A stretch of 64,000 bases of DNA, taken from the NCBI GenBank assembly GCA_964016885.1, contig OZ024743.1:129022001-129086000 (forward strand), read 5' to 3'. The notes under the pieces are model-generated. The model had not been told where the DNA came from, did no database searches, and was given only the letters and a program-made list of their open reading frames with translations. Of the stretch, positions 43,961 through 58,389 are shown in pieces; positions within the stretch are counted from its first letter, which is position 1, and each line of letters starts with the position of its first letter. Origin of the DNA: Eledone cirrhosa. Lineage: Eukaryota. The position numbers were made by a program, and so were the translations under genes.

Positions 43961-44590
43961 CAATCATATAACACCAAACACCAAACACCAAGCACCCAGC
44001 ACCAAACACCAAGCACCAAGCACCAAACACCAAGCACCAAGCACCAAGAAAAAAGCACCAAACACCAAGCACAAACACCAAACACCAAGCACCAAACACC
44101 AAACACCAAGCACCAAGCACCAAACACCTAACACCAAGCACTAAACACCAACCACCAAACACCAAGCACCAAGCACCAAGCACCAAGCACCAAACACCAA
44201 GCACCAAACACCAAGCACCAAACACCTAACACCAAGCACCAATTACCAAGCACCAAACACCAAGCACCAAACACCAAACACCAAGCACCAAACACCAAAC
44301 ACAAAGCACCAAGCACCAAACACCTAACACCAAGCACCAAACACCAACCACCAAACACCAAGCACCAAGCACCAAGCACCAAGCACCAAGCACCAAACAC
44401 CAAGCACCAAACACCAAGCACCAAGCACCAAGCACCAAGTACAAACACAAAACACCAAACACCAAGCACAAAGCACCAAGCATCAAACACCAAGCATATA
44501 ACACCAAACACCAAGCACCAAGCACCAAACACCAAACACCAAGCACCAAGCACCAAACACCAAGCACCAAAGACCAAACACCAAACAGCA
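43145..44590. repeat. ~1.45-kb block duplicated at +3201 (partner ~46346-47790)
   Basis: ORF pairs 43166/46367, 43261/46462 and 43953/47154. Private markers CACCAAT-CATATAA, AAAAAAG and hexamer CACAAA (44070/47271) are shared. Confidence 0.88.
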
Positions 44591-47500
44591 AACACCAAAC
44601 ACCATACAGCAAACACTAAACACCAAAAAGCAGACAGCAAACACCAAACACCAAGCACCAAACACCAAGGACCAAGCACCAAACACCTAACACCAAGCAC
44701 CAAGCACCAAGCACCAAACACCAACCACCAAACACCAAACATCAAGCACCAAGCACCAAGCACCAAGTACCAAACACCAAGAACCAAGAACCAAACACCA
44801 AGCACCAAGCACCAAGTACAAACACCAAGCACCAAGCACCAAGCACCAAACACCAAGAACCAAGCACCAAACACAAAACACCAAGCACCAAGCACCAAGC
44901 ATCAAACACCAAGCACCAAACACAAAACACCAAGCACCAAGCACCAAACACCAAACTCCAAGCACCAAGCACCAAACACGAAACACCAAGCACCAAGCAC
45001 CAAGCACCAGGCACCAAACACCAAGCACCAAGCACCAAACACCAATCGCCAAACACCAAACACCAAGAACCAAGAACCAAACACCAAGCACCAAGCACCA
45101 AGTACAAACACCAAGCACCAAGCACCAAACACCAAGCACCAAACACAAAACACCAAGCACCAAGCATCAAACACCAAGCAGCAAACACCAAACACCAAGC
45201 ACCAAGCACCAAGCACCAAACACAAAGCACCCAGCACCAAACACCAAGGTCCAAGCACCAAGCACCAAGCACCAAAAACCAAACACGAAACACAAAACAC
45301 CAAGCACCAAGCAACAAACACAAAACTCCAAGCACCAAGCACCAAACACCAAACACCAAGCACCAAACACCAAGCACCAAGCACCAAACACCAAGCACCA
45401 AGCACCAAACACCAAGCACCAAGCACCAAGCATCAAACACCAAGCACCAAACACCAAACACCAAGCACCAAGCACCAAGCATCAAACACCAAGCATATAA
45501 CACCAAACACCAAACACCAAGCACCCAGCACCAAACACCAAGCACCAAGCACCAAACACCAAGCACCAAGCACCAAGCAAAAAGCACCAAACACCAAGCA
45601 CCAAACACCAAACACCAAGCACCAAACACAAAACACCAAGCACCAAGCACCAAACACCTAACACCAAGCACCAAGCACCAAGCACCAAACACCTAACACC
45701 AAGCACCAAACACCAAGCACCAAACACCTAACACCAAGCACCAAGCACCAAACACCTAACACCAAGCACCAAACACCAAGCACCAAACACCAAGCACCAA
45801 GCACCAAGCACCAAGCACCAAACACCAAGCACCAAGCACCAAACACCAAGCACCAAACACCAAACACCAAGCACCAAACACCAAACACCAAGCACCAAGC
45901 ACCAAACACCTAACACCAAGCACCAAACACCAACCACCAAACACCAAGCACCAAGCACCAAGCACCAAGCACCAAACACCAAGCACCAAACACCAAGCAC
46001 CAAACACCTAACACCAAGCACCAAACACCAAGCACCAAACACCAAGCACCAAGCACCAAACACCAAGCACCAAGCCCCAAACACCAAGAACCAAGCACCA
46101 AGCACCAAGTACAAACACCAAGCACCAAGCACCAAACACCAAGCACCTAGCACCAAACACCAAACACCAAGCACCAAACACCAAGCACCAATCACCAAGC
46201 ACCAAACACCAAGCAGCCAGCAGCAAGCACCAAACACCAAGCACCAAGCACCAAAAACCAGACACCAAAAAGCAAACACCAAACACCAAACAGCAAACAC
46301 CAAACAATAAACACCAAACAACAAACACCAAACACCAATCACCAAGCACCAAACACCAAGCACCAATCACCAAGCACCAAACACCAAGCAGCCAGCAACA
46401 AGCACCAAACACCAAGCACCAAGCACCAAAAACCAGACACCAAGCACCAAGCACCAAACACCTAACACCAAGCACCAAGCACCAACCACCAAACACCAAG
46501 CACCAAGCACCAAGCACCAAGCACCAAACACCAAGCACCAAACACCAAGCACCAAACACCAAGCACCAAGCACCAAACACCAAGCACCAAGCACCAAACA
46601 CCAAGCACCAAGCACCAAGCATCAAACACCAAGCACCAAACACCAAACACCAAGCACCAAGCACCAAGCATCAAACACCAAGCATATAACACCAAACACC
46701 AAGCACCAAGCACCCAGCACCAAACACCAAGCACCAAGCACCAAGCAAAAAGCACCAAACACCAAGCACCAAACACCAAACACCAAGCACCAAACACCAA
46801 ACACCAAGCACCAAGCACCAAACACCTAACACCAAGCACCAAACACCAAGCACCAAACACCAACCACCAAACACCAAGCACCAAGCACCAAGCACCAAGC
46901 ACCAAACACCAAGCACCAAACACCAAGCACCAAACACCTAACACCAAGCACCAAGCACCAAGTACCAAGCACCAAATACCAAGCACCAAACACCAAACAC
47001 CGAGCACCAAACACCAAACACCAAGCACCAAGCACCAAACACCTAACACCAAGCAGCAAACACCAAACACCAAGCACCAAACACCAAGCACCAAGCACCA
47101 AGCATCAAACACCAAGCACCAAACACCAAACACCAAGCACCAAGCACCAAGCATCAAACACCAATCATATAACACCAAACACCAAACACCAAGCACCCAG
47201 CACCAAACACCAAGCACCAAGCACCAAACACCAAGCACCAAGCACCAAGAAAAAAGCACCAAACACCAAGCACAAACACCAAACACCAAGCACCAAACAC
47301 CAAACACCAAGCACCAAGCACCAAACACCTAACACCAAGCACTAAACACCAACCACCAAACACCAAGCACCAAGCACCAAGCACCAAGCACCAAACACCA
47401 AGCACCAAACACCAAGCACCAAACACCTAACACCAAGCACCAAGTACCAAGCACCAAACACCAAGCACCAAACACCAAACACCAAGCACCAAACACCAAA

Positions 47501-50500
47501 CACCAAGCACCAAGCACCAAACACCTAACACCAAGCACCAAACACCAACCACCAAACACCAAGCACCAAGCACCAAGCACCAAGCACCAAGCACCAAACA
47601 CCAAGCACCAAACACCAAGCACCAAGCACCAAGCACCAAGTACAAACACAAAACACCAAACACCAAGCACAAAGCACCAAGCATCAAACACCAAGCATAT
47701 AACACCAAACACCAAGCACCAAGCACCAAACACCAAACACCAAGCACCAAGCACCAAACACCAAGCACCAAAGACCAAACACCAAACAGCAAACAGCAAA
47801 CACCAAGCACCAAACACCAAGGACCAATCACCATGCATCAAACACCAAGCAGCCAGCAGCAAGCACCAAACACCAAACACCAAGCACCAAGCACCAAAAA
47901 CCAAACACCAAGCACCAAGCACCAAACGCCAAGCACCAAGAACGAAACACCAAGCACCAAGCACCAAGCACCAAACACCAAGCACCAAAGACCAAGCACC
48001 AAGCACTAAACACCAAGCACCCAGCACCAAACACCAAGCACCCAGCACCAAACACCAAGCACCAAACACCAACCACCCAGCACCAAGCACCAAACACCAA
48101 GCACCAAGCACCAAACACCAAGCACCCAGCACCAAACACCAAGCACCCAGCACCAAACACCAAGCACCAAACACCAACCACCCAGCACCAAGCACCAAAC
48201 ACCAAGCACCAAGCACCAAACACAAAACACCAAGCACCAAGCACCAAGCACCAAACACCAAGCACCAAGCACCAAGCATCAAACACCAAGCAGCAAACAC
48301 CAAACACCAAGCACCAAGCACCAAGCACCAAGCACCAAACACAATGCACCCAGCACCAAACACCAAGGACCAAGCACCAAGCACCAAGCACCAAAAACCA
48401 AACACGAAACACGAAACACCAAGCACCAAACACCAAACTCCAAGCACCAAGCACCAAACACCAAACACCAAGCACCAGGCACCAAACACCAAGCACCAAG
48501 CACCAAACACCAAGCACCAAGAACCAAACACCAAACACCAAACACCAAACAGCAAACAACATACATCAAACACCAAACACCAAAAAGCAAACACCAAACA
48601 CCAAACAGCAAACACCAAACAACAAACACCAAACAACAAACACCAAACAGCAAACAGCAAACACCAAACACCAAGCACCAAGCACCAAACACCAAACACC
48701 AAACACCAAGCACCAGGCACCAAACACCAAGCACCAAGCACCAAACACCAAGCACCTAGCACCAAACACCAAGCACCAAACACCAAGTACAAACACCAAG
48801 CACCAAACACCAAACACCAAGCACCAAACACCAAGCACCAATCACCAAGCACCAAACACCTAGCAGCCAGCAACAAGCACCAAACACCAAGCACCAAGCA
48901 CCAAAAACCAGACACCAAGCACCAAGCACCAAACACCTAACACCAAGCACCAAGCACCAACCACCAAACACCAAGCACCAAGCACCAAGCACCAAGCACC
49001 AAACACCAAGCACCAAACACCAAGCACCAAACACCAAGCACCAAGCACCAAACACCAAGCACCAAGCACCAAACACCAAGCACCAAGCACCAAGCATCAA
49101 ACACCAAGCACCAAACACCAAACACCAAGCACCAAGCACCAAGCATCAAACACCAAGCATATAACACCAAACACCAAGCACCAAGCACCCAGCACCAAAC
49201 ACCAAGCACCAAGCACCAAGCAAAAAGCACCAAACACCAAGCACCAAACACCAAACACCAAGCACCAAACACCAAACACCAAGCACCAAGCACCAAACAC
49301 CTAACACCAAGCACCAAACACCAAGCACCAAACACCAACCACCAAACACCAAGCACCAAGCACCAAGCACCAAGCACCAAACACCAAGCACCAAACACCA
49401 AGCACCAAACACCTAACACCAAGCACCAAGCACCAAGTACCAAGCACCAAATACCAAGCACCAAACACCAAACACCAAGCACCAAACACCAAACACCAAG
49501 CACCAAGCACCAAACACCTAACACCAAGCAGCAAACACCAAACACCAAGCACCAAACACCAAGCACCAAGCACCAAGCATCAAACACCAAGCACCAAACA
49601 CCAAACACCAAGCACCAAGCACCAAGCATCAAACACCAAGCATATAACACCAAACACCAAGCACCAAGCACCCAGCACCAAACACCAAGCACCAAGCACC
49701 AAGCACCCAGCACCAAACACCAAGCACCAAACACCAAACACCAAGCACCAAACACCAAACACCAAGCAGCAAGCACCAAACACCTAACACCAAGCACCAA
49801 ACACCAAGCACCAAACACCAACCACCAAACACCAAGCACCAAGCACCAAGCACCAAGCACCAAACACCAAGCACCAAACACCAAGCACCAAACACCTGAC
49901 ACCAAGCACCAAGCACCAAGTACCAAGCACCAAACACCAAGCACCAAACACCAAACACCAAGCACCAAACACCAAACACCAAGCACCAAGCACCAAACAC
50001 CTAACACCAAGCACCAAGCACCAAGCACCAAACACAAAACACCAAGCACCAAGCACCAAGCATCAAACACCAAGCAGCAAACACCAAACACCAAGCACCA
50101 AGCACCAAGCACCAAGCACGAAACACAATGCAACCAGCACCAAACACCAAGGACCAAGCACCAAGCACCAAGCACCAAAAACCAAACACGAAACACGAAA
50201 CACCAAGCACCAAGCACCAAACACCAAACTCCAAGCACCAAGCACCAAACACCAAACACCAAGCACCAGGCACCAAACACCAAGCACCAAGCACCAAACA
50301 CCAAGCACCAAGCACCAAACAGCAAACAACATACATCAAACACCAAACACGAAAAAAGCAAACACCAAACACCAAACAGCAAACACCAAACAACAAACAC
50401 AAACAACAAACACCAAACAGCAAACAGCAAACACCAAACACCAAGCACCAAGCAGCAAACACCAAACACCAAACACCAAGCACCAGGCACCAAACACCAA

Positions 50501-53500
50501 GCACCAAGCACCAAACACCAAGCACCTAGCACCAAACACCAAGCACCAAACACCAAGCACCAAACACCAAGCACCAATCACCAAGCACCAAACACCAAGC
50601 AGCCAGCAACAAGCACCAAACACCAAGCACCAAGCACCAAAAACCAGACACCAAGCACCAAGCACCAAACACCTAACACCAAGCACCAAGCACCAACCAC
50701 CAAACACCAAGCACCAAGCACCAAGCACCAAGCACCAAACACCAAGCACCAAACACCAAGCACCAAACACCAAGCACCAAGCACCAAACACCAAGCACCA
50801 AGCACCAAACACCAAGCACCAAGCACCAAGCATCAAACACCAAGCACCAAACACCAAACACCAAGCACCAAGCACCAAGCATCAAACACCAAGCATATAA
50901 CACCAAACACCAAGCACCAAGCACCCAGCACCAAACACCAAGCACCAAGCACCAAGCAAAAAGCACCAAACACCAAGCACCAAACACCAAACACCAAGCA
51001 CCAAACACCAAACACCAAGCACCAAGCACCAAACACCTAACACCAAGCACCAAACACCAAGCTCCAAACACCAACCACCAAACACCAAGCACCAAGCACC
51101 AAGCACCAAGCACCAAACACCAAGCACCAAACACCAAGCACCAAACACCTAACACCAAGCACCAAGCACCAAGTACCAAGCACCAAATACCAAGCACCAA
51201 ACACCAAACACCAAGCACCAAACACCAAACACCAAGCACCAAGCACCAAACACCTAACACCAAGCACCAAACACCAACCACCAAACACCAAGCACCAAGG
51301 ACCAAGCACCAAGCACCAAGCACCAAACACCAAGCACCAAGCACCAAGCACCAAGTACAAACACCAAGCACCAAGCACCAAACACCAAGCACCAAGCATC
51401 AAACACCAAACACCAAACACCAAGCACCAAGCACCAAGCATCAAACACCAAGCATATAACACCAAACACCAAGCACCAAGCACCAAACACCAAGAACCAA
51501 GCACCAAGCACCAAGTACAAACACCAATCACCAAGCACCAAACACCAAACACCAAGCACCAAACACCAAGCACCAATCACCAAGCACCAAACACCAAGCA
51601 GCCAGCAGCAAGCACCAAACACCAAACACCAAGCACCAAGCACCAAAAACCAGACACCAAGCACCAAGCACCAAACACCTAACACCAAGCACCAAGCACC
51701 AAGTACCAAGCACCAAACACCAAGCACCAAACACCAAACACCAAGCACCAAACACCAAACACCAAGCACCAAGCACCAAACACCTAACACCAAGCACCAA
51801 GCACCAACCACCAAACACCAAGCACCAAGCACCAAGCACCAAGCACCAAACACCAAGCACCAAACACCAAGCACCAAACACCAAGCACCAAGCACCAAAC
51901 ACCAAGCACCAAGCACCAAACACCAAGCACCAAGCACCAAGCATCAAACACCAAACACCAAGCACCAAACACCAAGCACCAATCACCATGCATCAAACAC
52001 CAAGCAGCCAGCAGCAAGCACCAAACACCAAACACCAAGCACCAAGCACCAAAAACCAAACACCAAGCACCAAGCACCAAACACCAAGCACCAAGCACCA
52101 AACACCAAGCACCAAGCACCCAGCACCAAAGACCAAGCACCAAAGACCAAGCACCAAGCACCAAATACCAAGCACCCAGCACCAAACACCAAGCACCCAG
52201 CACCAAACACCAAGCACCAAACACCAACCACCCAGCACCAAGCACCAAACACCAAGCAGCAAACACCAAACACCAAGCACCAAGCACCAAGCACCAAACA
52301 CGAAACACCAAACACCAAGCACCAAACACCAAACACCAAGTACCAGACACCAAGCACCAAACACCAAACACCAAGCACCAAGCACCAAACACTAAACACC
52401 AAACACCAAACACCAAGCACCAAAAACCAAACACCAAGCACCAGACACCAAGCACCAAACACCAAACACCAAGCACCAAACACCAAACACCAAGCACCAA
52501 GCACCAAACACCAAACACCAAGCACCAAGCACCAAACACCAAGCACCAAAGACCAAACACCAAACAGCAAACACCAAACACCATACAGCAAATACTGAAC
52601 ACCAAAAAGCAGACAGCAAACAGCAAACACCAAACACCAAACACCAAACACCAAACAGCAAACACCAAACACCAAGCACCAAACACCAAGGACCAAGCAC
52701 CAAACACCTAACACCAAGCACCAAGCACCAAGCACCAAACACCAAGCACCAAACACCAAACATCAAGCACCAAGCACCAAGTACCAAACACCAAGAACCA
52801 AGAACCAAACACCAAGCACCAAGCACCAAGTACAAACACCAAGTACCAAGCACCAAGCACCAAACACCAAGAACCAAGCACCAAACACAAAACACCAAGC
52901 ACCAAGCACCAAGCATCAAACACCAAGCAGCAAACACCAAACACCAAGCACCAAGCACCAAACACAAAGCACCCAGCACCAAACACCAAGGACCAAGCAC
53001 CAAGCACCAAAAACCAAACACCAAACACAAAACACAAAGCACCAATCACCAAACACCAAACTCCAAGCACCAAGCACCAAGCACCAAACACCAAACACCA
53101 AGCACCAAGCACCAGGCACCAAACACCAAGCACCAAGCACCAAACACCAAGCACCAAGCACCAAACACCAAACGCCAAACACCAAACACCAAGAACCAAG
53201 AACCAAACACCAAGCACCAAGTACAAACACCAAGCACCAAGCACCAGGCACCAAACACCAAGCACCAACCACCAAACACAAAACACCAAGCACCAAGCAC
53301 CAAGCATCAAACACCAAGCAGCAAACACCAAACACCAAGGACCAAGCACCAAGCACCAAGCACCAAAAACCAAACACGAAACACGAAACACCAAGCACCA
53401 AGCACCAAACACCAAACTCCAAGCACCAAGCACCAAACACCAAGCACCAAGCACCAAGCACCAGGCACCAAACACCAGGCACCAAGCACCAAACACCAAG

Positions 53501-54769
53501 CACCAAACACCAAACACCAAACACCAAACAGCAAACAACATACAGCAAACACCAAACACCAAAAAGCAAACACCAAACACCAAACAGCAAACACCAAACA
53601 ACAAACAGCAAACAGCAAACAGCAAACACCAAGCACCAAGCACCAAACACCAAACACCAAACACCAAGCACCAGGCACCAAACACCAAGCACCAAGCACC
53701 AAACACCAAGCACCTAGCACCAAACACTAAGCACCAAGCACCAAACACTAAGCACCAAGCACCAAACACCAAGCACCAAGCACCAAACACCAAGCACCAA
53801 GCACCAAACACCAAACACCAAGCACCAAAGACCAAGCACCAAGCACCAAACACCAAGCACCCAGCACCAAACACCAAGCACTAAACACCAACCACCCAGC
53901 ACCAAGCACCAATCACCAAGCATCAAGCACCTAACACCAAACACCAAACACCAAGCACCAAGCACCAAGCACCAAACACCAAGCACCTAGCACCAAACAC
54001 CAAACACCAAACACCAAGCACAAAACACCAAGCACCAATCACCAAGCATCAAACACCAAGCAGCCAGCAGCAAGCCCCAAACACCAAACACCAAGCACCA
54101 AGCACCAAAAACCAAACACCAAGCACCAAGCACCAAACACCTAACACCAAGCACCAAGCACCAAGTACCCTGCACCAAACACCAAGCACCAAACACCAAG
54201 CACCAAACACCAAGCACCAAACACCAAACACCAAGCACCAAACACCTAACACCAAACACCAAGCACCAAACACCAAGCACCAAACACCAAACACCAAGCA
54301 CCAAGCACCAAACACCTAACACCAAGCACAAAACACCAAGCACTAAGCACCAAGCACCAAGCACCAAACACCAAGCACCAAACACCAAGCACCAAACACC
54401 AAACACCAAGCACCAAGCACCAAACACCAAGAACCAAGCACCAAGCACCAAGTACAAACACCAAGCACCAAGCACCAAACACCAAGCACCAAGCACCAAG
54501 CATCAAACACCAAGCATATAACACCAAACACCAAACGCCAAGCACAAAACACCAAACACCAAGCACCAAGCACCAAACACCTAACACCAAGCACCAAACA
54601 CCAAGCACCAAACACCAAGCACCAAACACCAAACACCAAACACCAAGCACCAAACACCAAGCACCAAACACCAAGCACCAAGCACCAAACACCAAGCACC
54701 AAGCACCAAACACCAAGAACCAAGCACCAAGCACCAAGTACAAACACCAAGCACCAAGCACCAAACACC

Positions 54770-55490
54770 AAGCACCTAGCACCAAACACCAAACACCAAG
54801 CACCAAACACCAAGCACCAATCACCAAGCACCAAACACCAAGCAGCCAGCAGCAAGCACCAAACACCAAGCACCAAGCACCAAAAACCAGACACCAAACA
54901 CCTAGCACCAAACACCTAACACCAAGCACCAAGCACCAAGTACCAAGCACCAAACACCAAGCACCAAACACCACACACCAAGCACCAAACACCAAACACC
55001 AAGCACCAAGCACCAAACACCTAACACCAAGCACCAAGCACCAACCACCAAACACCAAGCACCAAGCACCAAGCACCAAGCACCAAACACCAAGCACCAA
55101 ACACCAAGCACCAAACACCAAGCACCAAGCACCAAACACCAAGCACCAAGCACCAAACACCAAGCACCAAGCACCAAGCATCAAACACCAAGCACCAAAC
55201 ACCAAACACCAAGCACCAAGCACCAAGCATCAAACACCAAGCATATAACACCAAACACCAAACACCAAGCACCCAGCACCAAACACCAAGCACCAAGCAC
55301 CAAACACCAAGCACCAAGCACCAAGCAAAAAGCACCAAACACCAAGCACCAAACACCAAACACCAAGCACCAAACACCAAACACCAAGCACCAAGCACCA
55401 AACACCTAACACCAAGCACCAAACACCAACCACCAAACACCAAGCACCAAGCACCAAGCACCAAGCACCAAACACCAAGCACCAAACACC
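54770..55490. repeat. ~0.7-kb block duplicated at +2846 (partner ~57615-58335)
   Basis: ORF pairs 54902/57748, 55021/57867 and 55181/58027. Private markers CACCTAG-CACCAAA-CACCTAA and CACCACA are shared. Confidence 0.85.
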
Positions 55491-58389
55491 AAGCACCAAA
55501 CACCTAACACCAAGCACCAAGCACCAAACACCTAACACCAAGCACCAAACACCAAGCACCAAACACCAAGCACCAAGCACCAAGCACCAAACACCAAGCA
55601 CCAAACACCAAGCACCAAACACCAAGCACCAAGCACCAAACACCAAGCACCAAGCACCAAACACCAAGAACCAAGCACCAAGCACCAAGTACAAACACCA
55701 AGCACCAAGCACCAAACACCAAGCACCTAGCACCAAACACCAAACACCAAGCACCAAACACCAAGCACCAATCACCAAGCACCAAACACCAAGCAGCCAG
55801 CAGCAAGCACCAAACACCAAGCACCAAGCACCAAAAACCAGACACCAAACACCAAGCACCAAACACCTAACACCAAGCACCAAGCATCAAGTACCAAGCA
55901 CCAAACACCAAGCACCAAACACCAAACACCAAGCACCAAACACCAAACACCAAGCACCAAGCACCAAACACCTAACACCAAGCACCAAGCACCAACCACC
56001 AAACACCAAGCACGAAGCACCAAGCACCAAACACCAAGCACCAAACACCAAGCACCAAACACCAAGCACCAAGCACCAAGCATCAAACACCAAGCACCAA
56101 GCACCAAGCATCAAACACCAAGCACCAAACACCAAACACCAAGCACCAAGCACCAAGCATCAAACACCAAGCATATAACACCAAACACCAAACACCAAGC
56201 ACCCAGCACCAAACACCAAGAACAAAGCACCAAACACCAAGCACCAAGCACCAAGCAAAAAGCACCAAATACCAAGCACCAAACACCAAACACCAAGCAC
56301 CAAACACCAAACACCAAGCACCAAGCACCAAACACCTAACACCAAGCACCAAACACCAACCACCAAACACCAAGCACCAAGCACCAAGCACCAAGCACCA
56401 AACACCAAGCACCAAACACCAAGCACCAAACACCTAACACCAAGCACCAAGCACCAAGTACCAAGCACCAAACACCAAACACCAAACACCAAACACCTAG
56501 CACCAAGCACGAAACACCTAACACCAAGCACCAAACACCAACCACCAAACACCAAGCACCAAGCACCAAGCACCAAGCACCAAGTACAAACACCAAACAC
56601 CAAACACCAAGCACCAAGCACCAAGCATCAAACACCAAGCATATAACACCAAACACCAAACACCAAGCACCAAACACCAAATAACAAGCACCAAGCACCA
56701 AACACCAAGCACCAAGCACCAAGCATCAAACACCAAGCACCAAACACCAAGCACCAAGCACCAAGCATCAAACACCAAGCATATAACACCAAACACCAAA
56801 CACCAAGCACCAAACACCAAACACCAAGCACCAAGCACCAAACACCTAACACCAAGCACCAAACACCAAGCACCAAACACCAAGCACCAAGCACCAAACA
56901 CCAAACACCAAGCACCAAACACCAAGCACCAAACACCAAGCACCAAGCACGAAACACCAAGCACCAAGCACCAAACACCAAGAACCAAGCACCAAGCACC
57001 AAGTACAAACACCAAGCACCAAGCACCAAACACCAAGCACCTAGCACCAAACACCAAACACCAAGCACCAAACACCAAGCACCAATCACCAAGCACCAAA
57101 CACCAAGCAGCCAGCAGCAAGCACCAAACACCAAGCACCAAGCACCAAAAACCAGACACCAAACACCAAGCACCAAACACCTAACACCAAGCACCAAGCA
57201 CCAAGTACCAAGCACCAAACACCAAGCACCAAACACCAAACACCAAGCACCAAACACCAAACACCAAGCACCAAGCACCAAACACCAAGCACCAAGCACC
57301 AAGCACCAACCACCAAACACCAAGCACCAAGCACCAAGCACCAAGCACCAAACACCAAGCACCAAACACCAAGCACCAAACACCAAGCACCAAGCACCAA
57401 ACACCAAGCACCAAACACCAAGCAGCAAGCACCAAGCACCAAACACAAAGCACCAAACACCAAACACCAAACACCAAACTGCAAACAACATACAGCAAAC
57501 ACCAAACACCAAAAAGCAAACACCAAACAACAAACAGCAAACAGCAAACACCAAACACCAAGCACCAAGCACCAAACACCAAACACCAAACACCAAGCAC
57601 CAGGCACCAAACACCAAGCACCTAGCACCAAACACCAAACACCAAGCACCAAACACCAAGCACCAATCACCAAGCACCAAACACCAAGCAGCCAGCAGCA
57701 AGCACCAAACACCAAGCACCAAGCACCAAAAACCAGACACCAAACACCTAGCACCAAACACCTAACACCAAGCACCAAGCACCAAGTACCAAGCACCAAA
57801 CACCAAGCACCAAACACCACACACCAAGCACCAAACACCAAACACCAAGCACCAAGCACCAAACACCTAACACCAAGCACCAAGCACCAACCACCAAACA
57901 CCAAGCACCAAGCACCAAGCACCAAGCACCAAACACCAAGCACCAAACACCAAGCACCAAACACCAAGCACCAAGCACCAAACACCAAGCACCAAGCACC
58001 AAACACCAAGCACCAAGCACCAAGCATCAAACACCAAGCACCAAACACCAAACACCAAGCACCAAGCACCAAGCATCAAACACCAAGCATATAACACCAA
58101 ACACCAAACACCAAGCACCCAGCACCAAACACCAAGCACCAAGCACCAAACACCAAGCACCAAGCACCAAGCAAAAAGCACCAAACACCAAGCACCAAAC
58201 ACCAAACACCAAGCACCAAACACCAAACACCAAGCACCAAGCACCAAACACCTAACACCAAGCACCAAACACCAACCACCAAACACCAAGCACCAAGCAC
58301 CAAGCACCAAGCACCAAACACCAAGCACCAAACACCAAGCACCTAACACCTAACACCAAACACCAAGCACCAAGCACCAAGCACCAAAC

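Noticed and set aside
12640-49640. Many duplication offsets divisible by 3 (9741, 5676, 5157, 3201, 2733, 2397, 2355, 2328), suggesting reading-frame preservation
   Set aside because: A similar number are not divisible by 3 (3404, 3502, 2201, 2383, 2357, 2846, 3035), the offsets are not independent, and the blocks contain stops in all frames.
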